From NCBI RefSeq assembly GCF_009914755.1, contig NC_060939.1: a stretch of 64,000 nt of DNA; one strand, written 5' to 3'. A model generated the notes under the pieces. The model was not told where the DNA came from, searched no databases, and worked only from the letters and a program-made list of their open reading frames with translations. A program made the position numbers and the translations under genes. The stretch's first letter is position 1, and each line of letters starts with the position of its first letter. Shown piece after piece: positions 1 through 20,450 of this stretch. Origin of the DNA: the human T2T-CHM13v2.0 reference genome, Homo sapiens.

Positions 1-859
1 CCAAGATAATTCTGATGACATAAGAAGTATTGGTAGAATAAAATAATGAGACCAAAAGAAAGAGAAAAGGTTAACAGACCAGACACCAGAGAAATTAATG
101 ATTATGTTCTTCCCTTTCTTCCCCTCCTATTAAGAAAAAAAAAAATTTAAAAACCAGATAGGGGAAATAGTGAGCAAATTTTCTAATTGGGAGTGGAGAT
201 GAGGAAGTGGGGGAGACATGGAATCATCATAGCAGACTAGGAAAGAAAGGGAAGAAAAAGAGAAACCATATTTAATGTAATGTGCAGAAGTAGCCATTTA
301 TTTACACACCCTTTCCATTTAGAAAAGATGTGTTTCGGCCTCTGGCTGAATGTACATACTAATTAGTGCTAATGAATATAAATGATACTCACAACTCAAC
401 CTGTTTACAAAGTCCCCCCATGTCATTCAGGGAAGAATTGAGTTTGGAAATGAGATATGTGTTGTGTTCTTGGGCTTGACGATGACCTAGAGGTTACCGA
501 AGCTAAGGACAATGAAATCAATTAGCAATTAACAAGGCAAGAAAGAGTCAAACCCACAAAATTCAGTACCTCCAGCGGTAGGCACTGTTACAGAGGAAGA
601 CACACTCTTCCCATAGGGTAACATGTTTAGCTCGGCACAACCAGCAGCTGTTGAGGGTGGGAGTTCAGGGAACAACTTTAAAATCATGAGAGGTCTACCG
701 GAAAAAAAAAAAAAAAAAGTAAAATAAGATGAAAAGAAGTATGCTTTATTAAGCTTAGGGAGACATTACCCTACAGGAAAAGGAATAAACTACAGGGCTG
801 TTTGGTGTTCATATGCCAAGCTGAAGAAGTATCACCCATACTGAGGTCATATCACTCTT

Positions 860-1220
860 CAGAGAGGGCGTGGAAGCTCTGCACCCTGCCGCCCCAGCCC
901 CCATGCATCTCTTCCATTTGGCTCCCCTGAGTCATTGCCTTTATAAGAAACTAGCAATAGTAAGTAAAATACATTTCTGGAGTTTTCTGAATTGTTCTAG
1001 CAAGTTATCAAACTTGAGAAGGGGGGCCTGAGAAGTCTCAAAAGTGCAGTGGCTCGGCAGAGGTGTGGTAGCCTGGACACCTCATTTTCAGCTGACATCT
1101 GACATGGGGGCGTCTTCCGGAACTAAGCCCTTAACCTGTGGGGTCTGCATTAACTCCAGGAGTTAGTGTCAAAAATGAACTGAATTCCTGAACACCCAGT
1201 TGGTGTCAGATAGTTGGAGA
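860..1220 (+). mobile_element. MER21-family (ERVL) LTR, 3' portion
   Basis: Resembles recalled MER21 consensus: agagggcgtggaagctc...ccatgcatctcttccatttggct...taagcccttaacctgtggggtctgca...cacccagttggtgtcaga; boundaries approximate. Confidence 0.75.
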
Positions 1221-1599
1221 AATATCAAGGGGCCATGTAGTACAAAGGAAAGCAGCTTTATATAAGCTCAATAAATGTACCGAGAATTTTACAAGACAAA
1301 AATGAGCTGGATTAGAAATGAAAAGATGATAACTGGTATGCTCTGTTTAATAAGATAAGAAAGAAAAAGTGCAACATGTTAATAAGATCTCTGTTTTTAG
1401 TTCTGTGAAATAAAATGTGAGGTTTTCAAAAGGCAAGCCTCAGATATTTGGAAAATTCACTTATGGGATGCCTCATTACCCGGTGGGCCCAGGATCCGAT
1501 GCCTGGTGTTCCGACATTCTTGGAAAACATTACTCCCTTACCATTAGATGCAGCTCCTGCCTTTGAAGACATTGCAGTATAGTATATTTTACAAGTGCC

Positions 1600-1710
1600 A
1601 GAGTCCTAAAAGAGCAGCGACTTTCTCCATCTGCAGAGGCAAAACCTGAGCCGAGGCAAGGAAAGTGACTTTCTCAAGGTCTCACAATAATCAGGGGCAG
1701 AGACAGGCCC
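1600..1710 (-). mobile_element. MIR fragment
   Basis: aaaacctgag...aagtgactttctcaaggtctcaca resembles the MIR core. Confidence 0.5.
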
Positions 1711-2029
1711 CACCGACAGCCCCTGATTCTAGGCCTCCTGTTGTTTCCGGGAAATTAAGCCCAGTCCCAGAGAATAATAATAAATTTGGCCCCTGCAAAC
1801 TGCCTGTCTACCTAGCTCACCCTTGTAAATAGAGGAGAAAAGCCAAGACCGTTGGCAAAAAGGACCTAGGGAATTTGGGAGTGTGCCTAATAAGAGGAAG
1901 CTGAACTCACCTTGCTTGCTAGATCCCACAGCCCTCTCTTTCACTAAAACCATGCCTGCCTCATCCAGGAAGCCCACCAGGCTAGTTTCACCTACTTCTG
2001 ACCACTCACAGCATCCCAATTCTTCCACC

Positions 2030-2195
2030 GACTAGCCAGGTGATATTTCCCTGATAACTCTAGCCTCAGTCTCCTCATCAGAAAAATCAAGATACTAAGA
2101 CCTACTTCCTTGGATAGTTGTGAAGATTTAATGAGATAATGTGTATAAAGGGGCCACCCACAACATCTGGCAAAAAGTAAGTACTTAAAGGAAGG
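2030..2195 (+). mobile_element. MIR fragment
   Basis: gcctcagtctcctcatc...gttgtgaagatttaatgagataatgtgtataaag. Confidence 0.65.
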
Positions 2196-2509
2196 TCTTC
2201 ACACATTATTACAACAGTAACCTCGAGGCCTTGAGCAAATAACTCTCAGCCAGCCAAGTTGCTGGGTGGCTCTCTGTGGTCACTTTAGTATATATTGCAT
2301 TTAATTTTGTGACTTTGGTGCCACGGCAGCCTTACCCACCATGAGCTCCTGGAATTCAGGGCTGATGCATACACATGCATACATGTGCTCGCCTCTTTTG
2401 CCTCCCTTCTCTTCCTAGATTGGAATCTTCTTCAGAACAGGGACATCTGTGGTCTCTCAGGAGTGTGGTTGGCACAGACCAGCTCCCCTGCAGCTGACTA
2501 TGTCTGAGC

Positions 2510-2690
2510 TGATAAATAGTAACTAACACTTTAAAGGTTGTTAGAATCGTTTAAAGGCAATTTCACATATAGAATTTCATTTGATCCCTGCAATTACCCT
2601 GGAAGGTGAGCAGGACACTTATTTTTATCCCCATCTTAGAGGAGAAAACAGTGGCTCAGAGAGGTAAAATGACTTGCCTCTCACCTCAAG
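2510..2690 (-). mobile_element. MIR fragment
   Basis: ttatccccatcttagaggagaaaacagtggctcagagaggtaaaatgacttgcc. Confidence 0.65.
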
Positions 2691-2921
2691 TGGAGCTGAT
2701 CCATTTTTGGAATCAATAGCATCCTTGTCTGGTTCATCAGCTTTCAACAGAGGATATCAATCCTTCCCCCAGATGACCATTAAAACATGAACATTGCTGT
2801 ACAGTGTCCACTCAATGAAGACTCGCTGAACACATTTTTCTATGATTTTAGCATCTACGGCTTTTGTGTCTCCCTAAAGCAACTTGTTTTTAACTTATTG
2901 AAAGTGAACATCTATCCAACA

Positions 2922-3482
<561 letters not shown>

Positions 3483-3537
3483 TCAGAAGCTGACAGCCCA
3501 GCATGGGACCCTTCTTCAGCAACTGGATAGGACTTCA

Positions 3538-3898
<361 letters not shown>

Positions 3899-4599
3899 GA
3901 AATAAATATTTGATGTGACTCTTTTGATGCTGAAGAAATTGGGACTACCACTGATGATCCTAAAATACAGACTATTAAATACTCTGGTTCCTTTATTACC
4001 AAGCAGTATGTGTAACTGACATCCACACTTTATCCTTTATCCAAATGTCCTTGAACCTTTTCCCTTTCATGATTCTTTCTTAAGGTTGCCTCCAAGTGTC
4101 CTAACTAATGTTTCCTTCAATTTTTAAACTTATTTTTACTGTTTTGTCTTGCATGGTAATAGTTTATCTTGCACCATAGTCATTTTTGAAAATTATTAAA
4201 TCTTTTTGGGAACAAGAATTTGCAGACCATGCATTAAATAACTTCCTTAATGTTATCTAGGTACACTAAGCTGGCTTGAACCCAATTCACCTTATTCCAC
4301 ATCCAGGGCTTTCCCCCGCCAGACACTATGCCTAAAAGTCAAAATTCATGTTTCTAAATGGAAACAGTTGTAGGTGAAACCCTGTGACTTTGTGATGCCC
4401 CCCAGCTGTATCCCACTCTCCCAGAAGGACCATCCTGAAGTAGCCACTTGGGCTTTCTCTTATGTTACCATAGGAGGCATACACACAGATCAGGAATACT
4501 CCTGATTGTTTTGAATCCAGCTACCTACCATTCCAAAGGAAGAGGTGTGGGCCAAAAATCCTGTCCCAATAATATAGAAGGAATCACTGGGAATCATGT

Positions 4600-4790
4600 G
4601 GGACCAAATGGCAGGGTTTGGGTCCTGCCCTCCCCAACCATCAGTTACGTGACTTTGAACCAGTTGTCTACTCTCTCTGAATCTGTTTCTGTATCTGTAG
4701 AAGGGGGCCCATACCTGACTTAATATCCTCCTGGAGTTGTCAGGAATTGCACAGGCAAGAGTGAATAATAAAACACCTAGCAACTTTTAG
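4600..4790 (+). mobile_element. MIR fragment
   Basis: gtgactttgaaccagttg...ctctctgaatctgtttctgtatctgtagaa. Confidence 0.55.
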
Positions 4791-6205
4791 AAGCCCTGTA
4801 CAATTCTAAGATTATTACAGTGGCAGCTCTTCTACAAACCAGGCTAAGAGGCTCGGAGTTCATCAGTCCCCTCCCTACCCCCACCATCAGCTCAACTGCT
4901 CTAAGAATTTGGGCAAACAGATTTTTGGGGGAAAGCAAGGGAGTTTTGCTTTTTCCGTCACTTAGTCCCATAAGCTACATGGCCCTCCAGAGGCTAGAAG
5001 GACCCCTTATTCACAGAGGAAACAGAAGACAATGCATGCACCCCCAATAGGCTTTAAATGACACTCTATACACTTCCATGGAGAATCTTCAACTTAAAAA
5101 ATCAATGGCAAAAGAACCCTAACCCATGCTGCCAATTAGACGAGACGGAGGAGTCTGGAATACAAAGCAACAGTGACCCCAGTCTGGCTCCAGGGAATGG
5201 CTAGGCTAACCCTACGCATTACCCACTTCAAATTTTCATGATTCTGTCATGCATATATTATACAACCCCACACAGAATAAACATATTATTTTCGTGTTTT
5301 ATTTTCCCTCCCCAAGATGAGTAATTAAGCCCCTGTGTATTGCATCTATTCACTTGAGAACATGCTTTTCATTTGACAGATCAGAAGATTAAGCATATAT
5401 TTTTCCTCTTCTTTCAAACCAGCCACTGACTCTGTGAAATGCTGGATTCCTTCCTTCCTTGAAAATGCTGTTCTTTCAAGTGGTTTTCACCTTGAGACTA
5501 AGGAACACCTTTCACCCTCAGTCTTGATCATAGCATAGGCTGGTCCAGGAGAGATGTGGCTTGAAACCAGCAGGGCCAACATTTTTTGCAAGTAGAAGAG
5601 GCAACACGAATCCATTTCAAGACTGCTCATGGGGTAAGAGGGAAACCTTCTAGCTACCAACAAAGGCTTTTCCAAGACCTCTACCGGCTCCATGCACTCT
5701 TAAGTTTTTTGGAAGCCTTACCTTACCCACATTGTATCAAATATCCTACATCCCACTTTATAGGAGATGCACATAAAATCATATCAGTTGAAATGAGTTG
5801 CAGTTGATTGGGAAACATGTTTCATTTTGTAAAAGCTTAAACATTTATTAATATGAATTTTATAGTTTCAGATTTTTCATTAGTAATTTCCTTCCAGGAT
5901 CCCAACATTTTATTAGGCTCTTGCAAAGTCCAAGTCCCAGGCTCTGTGTTTATGGATCCAATGGTTAAATTACCCTGTTGCCAACTATCGCCCCTTAGGC
6001 TGTAAGAGAAAAGTTACACTGACAGTGTATGGCATTCTTACCTGGGGCAGTTCCTGTCCCTTCCACACCACAGTTCCATGACCAGTAAGGTATTACCAGG
6101 GCTGAGTTAGCCAAGAGAACCAGCAGATTGCTGTCAGCAGGTGGGGTTTAGAGGTTCAGGAAGTGGCTGGATTTGAAAAGGAAGTAGAAAATCTACTCAA
6201 GGCAG

Positions 6206-6967
6206 TGAGACAGAGCACGGACCTCCTCTTAGGGCCTGCGGGGGCCCCCTGCAAGCCTGGAAATAAAGGAAAACCTTGAGTTCCTGCAAGGGAAGTTCTA
6301 GAGACAAAGCTATCCCCGAGAAGTAAATTCTCACTTGCTAATCAAGAAGATAATAGCCTCAAACAACAGCCAAGGAAACTGGAATCACCGGATATTTAGT
6401 TCTCTTATAGAAACTAAAGATAATAACTCATATCTCCAAGCTGTTTTCAGGAACCTGGATTCCAACTCAACAGACTCGTCATAGGCCTCAGAGAAGGGGG
6501 AACTGGAGACTGACCTCTGACCACCATTCTTTATTTTAAATATTTTCCTGAGGGGCCTGGAGAAAGTCATACCCATCAGCCAAAGCTAACATTATTGCCT
6601 GCGGGCCCAAATTAAGGAAGCTTCTCTTCCTTAACCAAGTGCAAATCAGAAAATCTTTGAATGTGCCTATGTTCAGTAAGCCCCCACTTAAAGAATATCC
6701 TGCCCTCTTAGGCCAAAATCAATTTGTAATCTCTATGTATTGATTTACAATTTTGCCTGTAACTTCTGCTTTTCCAAAATTTACTTCTGTCTTTAAAAAC
6801 CATTACCTGTAAGCCATCAGGGAGGTCAGGATTTCAATGTTAGCTGCCTGTTTCTCCTTGCTTGGTGGCCTGAAAAATAAGCAACTTCGTTTCTCCTGCA
6901 GCACACTTGGTATAGACATCTGGTGTCACTGCACCAGGCGAGCAGACTCCAGTTCGATTTGATAGCA
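6206..6967 (+). mobile_element. MER39 (ERV1) solo LTR
   Basis: TG...CA termini; 4-bp TSD GCAG at 6202-6205 and 6968-6971; matches recalled MER39 consensus (tgagacagagc...ggaaataaaggaaaaccttgag...). Confidence 0.85.
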
Positions 6968-8186
6968 GCAGTAAATGGGAAATGCTAGCATCTCTCCTAG
7001 TCTTAGGTTATGGTCCCAGTTGGAGAAAGCAGCCAACTACAGGAAGGGACAGAAATGTAACAGACAGATCCTTGATAAGCTTCCCACACAGCCTAGGCTG
7101 CCTGACTGGCTGTGCTCCACACAAGGAAGACCACACGAGGCCTGAAAAAGAGTGAACACTGGCGTCGCTTCCAAGATGGACGAATAGGAAGAGCTCCAGT
7201 CTGCAGCTCCCATCGAGATTTATACAGAAGATGGGTGAGTTCTGCATTTCCAACTGAGGTACCTTGTTCATCTCACTGGAACTGGTTGGACAGTGGGTAT
7301 AGCGCATGGAGGGTGAGCCGAAGCAAGGCAGGGCGTTGCCTCACCCAGGAAGCACAAGTGGTTGGGGGATTTCCCTTTCCTAGCCAAGGGAAGCTGTGAC
7401 AGAATGTATCTGGAGAAAAGGTACACTCTTGACCAAATACTGCGCTATTCCCAGTCTTAGCAACCGACAGACCAGGAGATACCCTCCTGTGCCTGGCTCG
7501 GCAGGTCCCATGCCCACGGAGCCTTACTCACTGCTAGCCCAGCAGTGTGAGATTGACCTGTGATGCTGCAGCTGGATGGGGGATGGAGCATCCACCATTG
7601 CTGAGGCATGAGCAGCTCACAGTATAAACAAAGAGGCCTGGAAGCATGAAATGGGCGGAGCCCACCACAGCTCAGCAAGGCCTACGGCCTCTATAGATTA
7701 TACCTCTTGGGGCAGGGCATAGTAGAACAAAAGGCAGCAGACAGCTTCTGCAGACTTTTAAACGTCCCTGTCTGACAGCTCTAAAGAAAGCAGTGGTTCT
7801 CTCAGCACAGCATTCAAGCTCCAAGAACAGACTGCCTCCTCAAGTGGGTCCCTGACCCTCGTGTAGTGGGACTGGGAAACACCTCCCAGTAGGGGCCAGC
7901 AGACATGTCAAACGGGTAGATGCCTCTCTGGGAGGAAGCTTCCAGAGGAAGGATCAGGCAGCAATATTTGCTGTTCTGCAGCCTCTGCTGGTGATACCCA
8001 GGCAAACAGGGTCTGGACTGGACCTCTAGCAAACTCCAACAGACCAGCAGCTGAGGGGTCTGACTGTTAGAAGGAAAACTAACCAACAGAAAGGAATAGA
8101 ATCAACATCAACAAAAAGGACATCCACACCAAAACCCCATCTGTAGGTCACACACATCAAAGACCAAAGATAGATAAAACCACAAA

Positions 8187-9207
8187 ATGGGGAGAAACCA
8201 GAGCAGAAAAGCTGAAGATTCCAAAAAACACAGCACCTCTTCTCCTCCCAAGGATTGCAACTCCTCACCAGCAAGGAACAAAACTGGATGGAGAATGAGT
8301 TTGACGAGTTGACAGAAGTAGGCTTCAGAGGGTCGGTAATAACAAACTTCTCCAAGCTAAAGGAGCATGTTCTAACCTATCGCAAGGAAGCTAAAAACCT
8401 TGAAAAAAGATTAGACAAACGGCTAACTAGGATAAACAGTGTAGAGAAGACCTTAAATGACCTGATGGAGCTGAAAACCATGGCACAAGAACTTCGTGAC
8501 CTATGCACAAGCTTCAATAACTGATTTGATCAAGTGGAAGAAAGGATATCAGTGACTGAAGATCAAACTAATGAAATAAAGTGAGAAGACAAGATTAGAG
8601 AAAGAAGAGTGAAAGGAAACGAACAAAACCTCCAAGAAATATGGGACTATGTGAAAAGACCAAATCTACGTTTGATTGGTGTACCTGAAAGTGATGGGGA
8701 GAATGGAACCAAGTTAGGAAACACTCTTCAGGATATTATCCAGGAGAACTCCCCCAACCTACAAAAGCAGGCCAACATTCAAATTCAGGAAATACAGAGA
8801 ACGCCACAAAGACACTCCTCGAGAAGAGCAACCCCAAGACACATAATTGTCAGATTCACCAAGGTTAAAATGAAGGAAAAAAATATTAAGGGCAGCCAGA
8901 GAGAAAGATCTGGTTACCCACAAAGGGAAGCCCATCAGACTAACAACAGATCTCTCAGCAGAAACCCTACAAGCCAGAAGAGAGTGCGGGCCAATATTCA
9001 ACATTCTTAAACAATTTTCAACCCAGAATCTCATATCCAGCCAAACTAAGTTTCATAAGTGAAGCAGAAATAAAATCCTTTACAGACAAGCAAATGCTGA
9101 GAGATTTTGTCACTACCAGGCCTGCTTTACAAGAGCTCCTGAAGGAAGCACCAAACATGGAAAGGAACTACCAGTACCAGCTATGGCAAAAATATGCCAA
9201 ATGGTAA
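8187..9207 (+). pseudogene. L1 ORF1p (RNA-binding protein), disrupted by stops and frameshifts
   Basis: ATG GGG AGA AAC at 8187; fragments EQNWMENEFDEL and NEQNLQEIWDYVKRPNLRLIGVPE in the ORF track. Confidence 0.93.
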
Positions 9208-9270
9208 AGACCATCAGTGCTATGAAGAAACTGCATCAATTAACAGGCAAAATAACTAGCTAACATCATA

Positions 9271-13085
<3,815 letters not shown>

Positions 13086-13624
13086 ACAATGAGAACACAT
13101 GGACATAGGGTGGAGAACATCACACACCAGGGCTAGTTGTGGGGTGGGGGGCTGGGGGAGGGATAGCATTGAGAGAAATACCTAATGTAAATGACGAGTT
13201 AATGGGTGCAACACACCAACATGGCACAGGTATACCTGTGTAACATACCTGCACTTTGTGCACATGTACCCTAGAACTTAAAGTATAATAAAAAAAGAAA
13301 AAGAAAAAGAGTGAACACTGAGGCCAACCTGGAAACAGCATTAACATTGAATGTGCTCCCCATCCCATGCATGGATCAACTGGCAGGGAAAGGAAGCCTA
13401 GGTTTTGCGCAAATTTTCTGACCAATCACTGGTTAGCCATATACAGACCCACAGGCACCCACTAGAAGGCCAGACTTAAAAATAAGAAGGATTGAAAGAA
13501 ATCAAAGCATAGCTATCACTGGCAGCATGCATACCACAAGGAGAGAGATTCCACAGATTAAGTCCAGGAAAGGTGGTTTTTGGTTGTTTTTTGGGTTTTG
13601 TTGTTGTTGTTGTTTTCTCAAAAG

Positions 13625-16435
13625 ACAGTTTTCCACTCCAACATTTAAAGAACTCAGAAATCACCACTCTGTCCTCACAAGAGAAAAGCCGGACACTCTG
13701 AATGTCAAAACTCTTTTGATCCATCACAGAATTGAGCAAAGAGGGCAAACCACCATCCCCAAAACTGGAGAAACAGGAGAATATACGGAATCACAGATGA
13801 CCAGAAACAGAGGTCACAGGAAGTAGTAACTGGGAAGAACACTTGGATGCTAATAGACGAATTGCTGGAGGTGGAGCAAGATCTGGCTTGAGAGTTAAAA
13901 ACTCCTGGGGGCCCACTCATAGGGAGACTCCAACACTTTCATGAGTTTCACCTCCAAAAGCCCCATCAGATTCTCACACTGAAGATGCGAGAAAAATGTC
14001 TGGCATCCAGCAGGGAGATAAGGAAATAACAATTTTGAAATAAACCTGGGGTTGGAGGAGTAACCATTATAATTTGTTAACTGAGCATTCCTTTCTCTGT
14101 AATAAAATCCTGCCCTCAAGAGAAATTTCTTTACCAGACTCTTATCCGACCTAGGAGAATGGCAATGAGACAACTTGAGCCCTTTCTGTCCTATTTCACA
14201 TCAGGGGACAAAAAAAAGACTAAGACACTCTCCTGAAAAGACTCAGACCCACTTTAAAAAACCCTGAAATTTAATCATATTATAGAATGCTTCAACTCCC
14301 TGATACTTATCGCCACATCAACAGGGCTCTAGTACAGTGACAGTGGATTACAACTGAGAGAGCTGCAAGATACAGACTCCATCTAAGAAAAAGTAGATAA
14401 ACATAAAACCTCGCCCTAATAGCCTATTTACCTCAGTTCCCATGAACTGATACATCATTTCTGGCTTTCAACAAAAAAATTATAAGGCATGCTAATGACT
14501 GGAAAAAACAGTCTGAAAAGACAAAGCAAGTGTCAGAACCATACTCAGGTATGACAGGTATTAGAATTATCAAATGGGAATTTAAAATAACTGATTAATA
14601 CACCAAGAGCTCTAATGAAAAAAGTGGACAACATGCAAGAACAGATGGGTAATATAAGCAGAGAGATGGGAACACTAAGTAAGAATCAAAGGAAACACTA
14701 AAAATCAAGAACACTAAACCAGAAATGAAGGATGCCTTTGATGAACTCATCCTTGCTTGGTGCCCTGACCCATAAACTGGGTCAGGCTGAGAAAGAAGCA
14801 GTAAGCTTAAAGATATTTCCATAGAAATTTCCCAAACTGAAAACCAAAGAGAAAAAAGAATAGGGGGAGAAATGAACAGAATACCCAAGAACTGTGGGAA
14901 AATTGAAAAAGGTATAAATATGCATAATGAGAATGCTAGAAGGAAAAGGAAGACAGAAAAGGATTTGATATATGTGAATAATAATGGCTGAGACTATTCT
15001 GAAATTAATGACAGGCTTGAAACCACAGATCCAAGAAGCCCAAAGAATGCCAATGATATTTAATATCAAAAAATTTACAAACCACATATAACCAAATACA
15101 AACAGAAAATTATGAAAGAAGCCAGAGGAAAAGCATTACCTTACCTATAGAGGAACAAGGAGAATAATTTCAATGAACTTTAGAAACCATGTAAACAAGA
15201 AAAGAATGGAGTGAAATATTTAAACTGTTGAAAAAAACTCCACCAATCTAGAATTCCATACCCAGTGAAATAATCCATCAAAGGTGAATAAGAAATAAAG
15301 ACTTTCTCAGAACAAAAAAAGAGGGAATTTGTTGCCAGTAGACCTGCAAGAAGTGTTAAAAGGAATTATTTAGAAAGAAGGAAAATTATATAGATCAGAA
15401 GTTTGAATCTACATAAAGCAAAAGAAAGAACATTAGAAAAGGAACTAATGAAGGTAAAATAAAATGTGTTGTTTTTCTTATTCTTAACTGGCCTAACAGA
15501 TAACTGTCCAAATAATAGCAATATATTTAATAATTATAGCTTATGGACAAGTAAAATGGATGACATTAATGGTATAAAGAGATGGGAGGAAGAAATTGGG
15601 AATATTTTGTTATATGGCACTTACACTACTTGTGAAATGGTATAGTATTATTTGAAAGTAGACTTAGATTATGTAAATAAACATCACAAATGCTAGAGCA
15701 ACCACTAAAAAATGTTAAGACTTATAATCAATATGCTAAAAAAAGGAGAGCAATGGAATAATAAAATGCTCCATTAAAACCAAGGCAATAAGAAAAAAGA
15801 AGCAAAGAACAAATATAAAGCAATTACAAAAATGGTAGATACTAACCCAACTATATCAATAATAGTTTTAAGAATGAATGGTCTAAATAAACCAGTTAAA
15901 AGACAGAGACTGTCAATGTGGCTGAAAAACAAGACCCAACTGTATGCTATCTATGAGAAATCCACTGTAAATATAAAGACACAGATAGGGTAAAAGTAAA
16001 GGGATGGAAAGAGATATGCCATGTTAGAACTAATCAAAAGAAGCTATAGTGGCTATATTAATTTCAGAAAGCAGACTTCAGAGCAAGAAAATTATCAGGA
16101 TGAAGGGTATTTCATAATGTCAAAGCGATCAGTTCTGCAACAAGATACACGGTGCTTATATGCACCTAACAAGAAAATGTCAAAATAGGTGAGACAAAAA
16201 CTGATAAAACTGCAGGAAAATATAGGGAAACCCATTATTATAATTGAAGACTTCATCACACCTGTCTCTATAATTGACAGATCCAGCATGTAGAAAATTA
16301 GTAAAGATAGAGTGAACAGAATAGCACCATCAATATGAATTGACATTTAGAGGATAGTTTATCTAACAACAGAATATATAGTCTCAACCTAGAGCATACA
16401 AAAAGATGACCACATTTTGGATCATAAAATACACC
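13625..16435 (+). mobile_element. Old L1M (L1MC/MD-like): 5'UTR, ORF1 and start of ORF2 endonuclease
   Basis: A-rich ORF1-like tract; EN-like gaatggtctaaataaaccagttaaaagacagagactgtca...aacaagacccaactgtatgc; ends abruptly near 16435. Confidence 0.8.
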
Positions 16436-17489
16436 TGTTTCAAAGCTGGCCTTTGGGATTGGATCCACTCAGGACAAGACCAAGGATCACATCCTTCTCA
16501 GGCAGCCAGTGTGACAATTCTACAGAGCATTTTAAGCAAAGCAAACTAAATTCATCATTAAGTAAGATATAGGAAAACTCCAATTAAACAAAGTGCTTCA
16601 GAAATAGGTTGTCCTTAGATGTCCAAGACTACAGGATTAAATAAATGATGGGACATCCAAATAGTGCAATACACAAGAGTTATTAAAAATCATGTTCAAG
16701 AATGTAATTAACATTGGAAATGCTGTTATGTAAAATCTTATATGAAAAACTGATCAAAAAAAGTAGGAACAATTTTTTAACCTATAATACAGATGAGAAA
16801 AAGACATCAAAAAGCTATCAAGATTATTTCTGTATAATTTTTTCTTCTTTTCTAAATTTTCTCAACTTTGTACAATAAACATTTATTACTTTGATGTGAG
16901 AAAAATATTGTGATTGGAAATTGATTAACCTGTTTAATTATATTTTTTAATGAATGAAAAATTAAGTAAAATACTTTTGGATGGTTTAAGTATTTTAGTG
17001 CATACTGTGAACTAAAGCACAACACAAACCCAGTGGTCTGATTATATTCAGTGAAATCAGTCAATCAACCAACCAATCCAGAAAAGCACCCCTGGCATAT
17101 TTAAGCCTATTAAAAACAAAAACAAAACCACTTGTAAATTTAAGACAAATGAAAAAAATTGCATCTTTTCTTCTTATGTAAGCATCTCATAGGGCCTACA
17201 GCTTATAAAGCAAAACATCATTAATCATCACCATAGAACCACGAATGCAGGTATAGGGGGTTTAAAATCCACTGATTCAGGTATCATAGCTTGGAACAGC
17301 ATTTAGTGACTGAACTCCTGGATTACATATCTTGCATATGTGGTATTTTTTTCAAAAGTTCAGTGCAACACAAATTCCAAAGAGCTCAGCTCTTTGGATT
17401 CCTGTTATAATCCTGTTGTACTCATTTTTGGGGTGCCATTTCAAACATGCAAGTTTTACTTAAGTTCTTACACTCATATTTAGATTTAA

Positions 17490-19580
<2,091 letters not shown>

Positions 19581-19718
19581 TTACCCTTTTATCTGATTCC
19601 AGATCAGTGGGAAAAATGAACTGTTCAAAAACTGGTGATGAGAAAACAGGGCAGCCTGGAAAAAATTAAGTTGAATCTATACTTCATGTTGTACCAAAGA
19701 AAAATCCAAATAGAGAAA

Positions 19719-20011
<293 letters not shown>

Positions 20012-20450
20012 CCAAATGGAGAAAATGTTAAGGGCTGTTTAAGTCATAGTTAGACTCCCAGATCCAGGCATGGCACAACCCCTACTCCAACACAGGATTG
20101 AAAGGTTTTTGTTTTGTTTTTTGTCTCATGAAGGTAAAGCAAAGAGTATTTCAAGTAAAAACTACTAGGTACAGTTGACGGTGGAGGTACCATTCACAAA
20201 CAGGGAGAACATGTGAAACTGAGTCCCTCCCGCTAGCCTTGCCCCACTTAGCTTAGGGAACCCTAGCAGCCAGGCAGTCTTACCTACGCAGAAGACTGAA
20301 AGATTCTTTCATGGAGGTCTTATCAGTCCAAGAGCAAAAACTAATGCACACTGTATTGAGGGGTTCCTCACTGAAGTCTCAGCCTAATTACTCTAAAATA
20401 AAACACTCAAGTCCCACTCATGTGCTCCCATATTCCAAACAGATTTTTAG

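Noticed and set aside
570-590. CTCF-like ccagcggtaggcact
   Set aside because: Several mismatches in core positions; too weak without ChIP data.
13141-13162. G-quadruplex motifs here and at 25082-25104
   Set aside because: Standard G-rich L1 3'UTR feature, not locus-specific.
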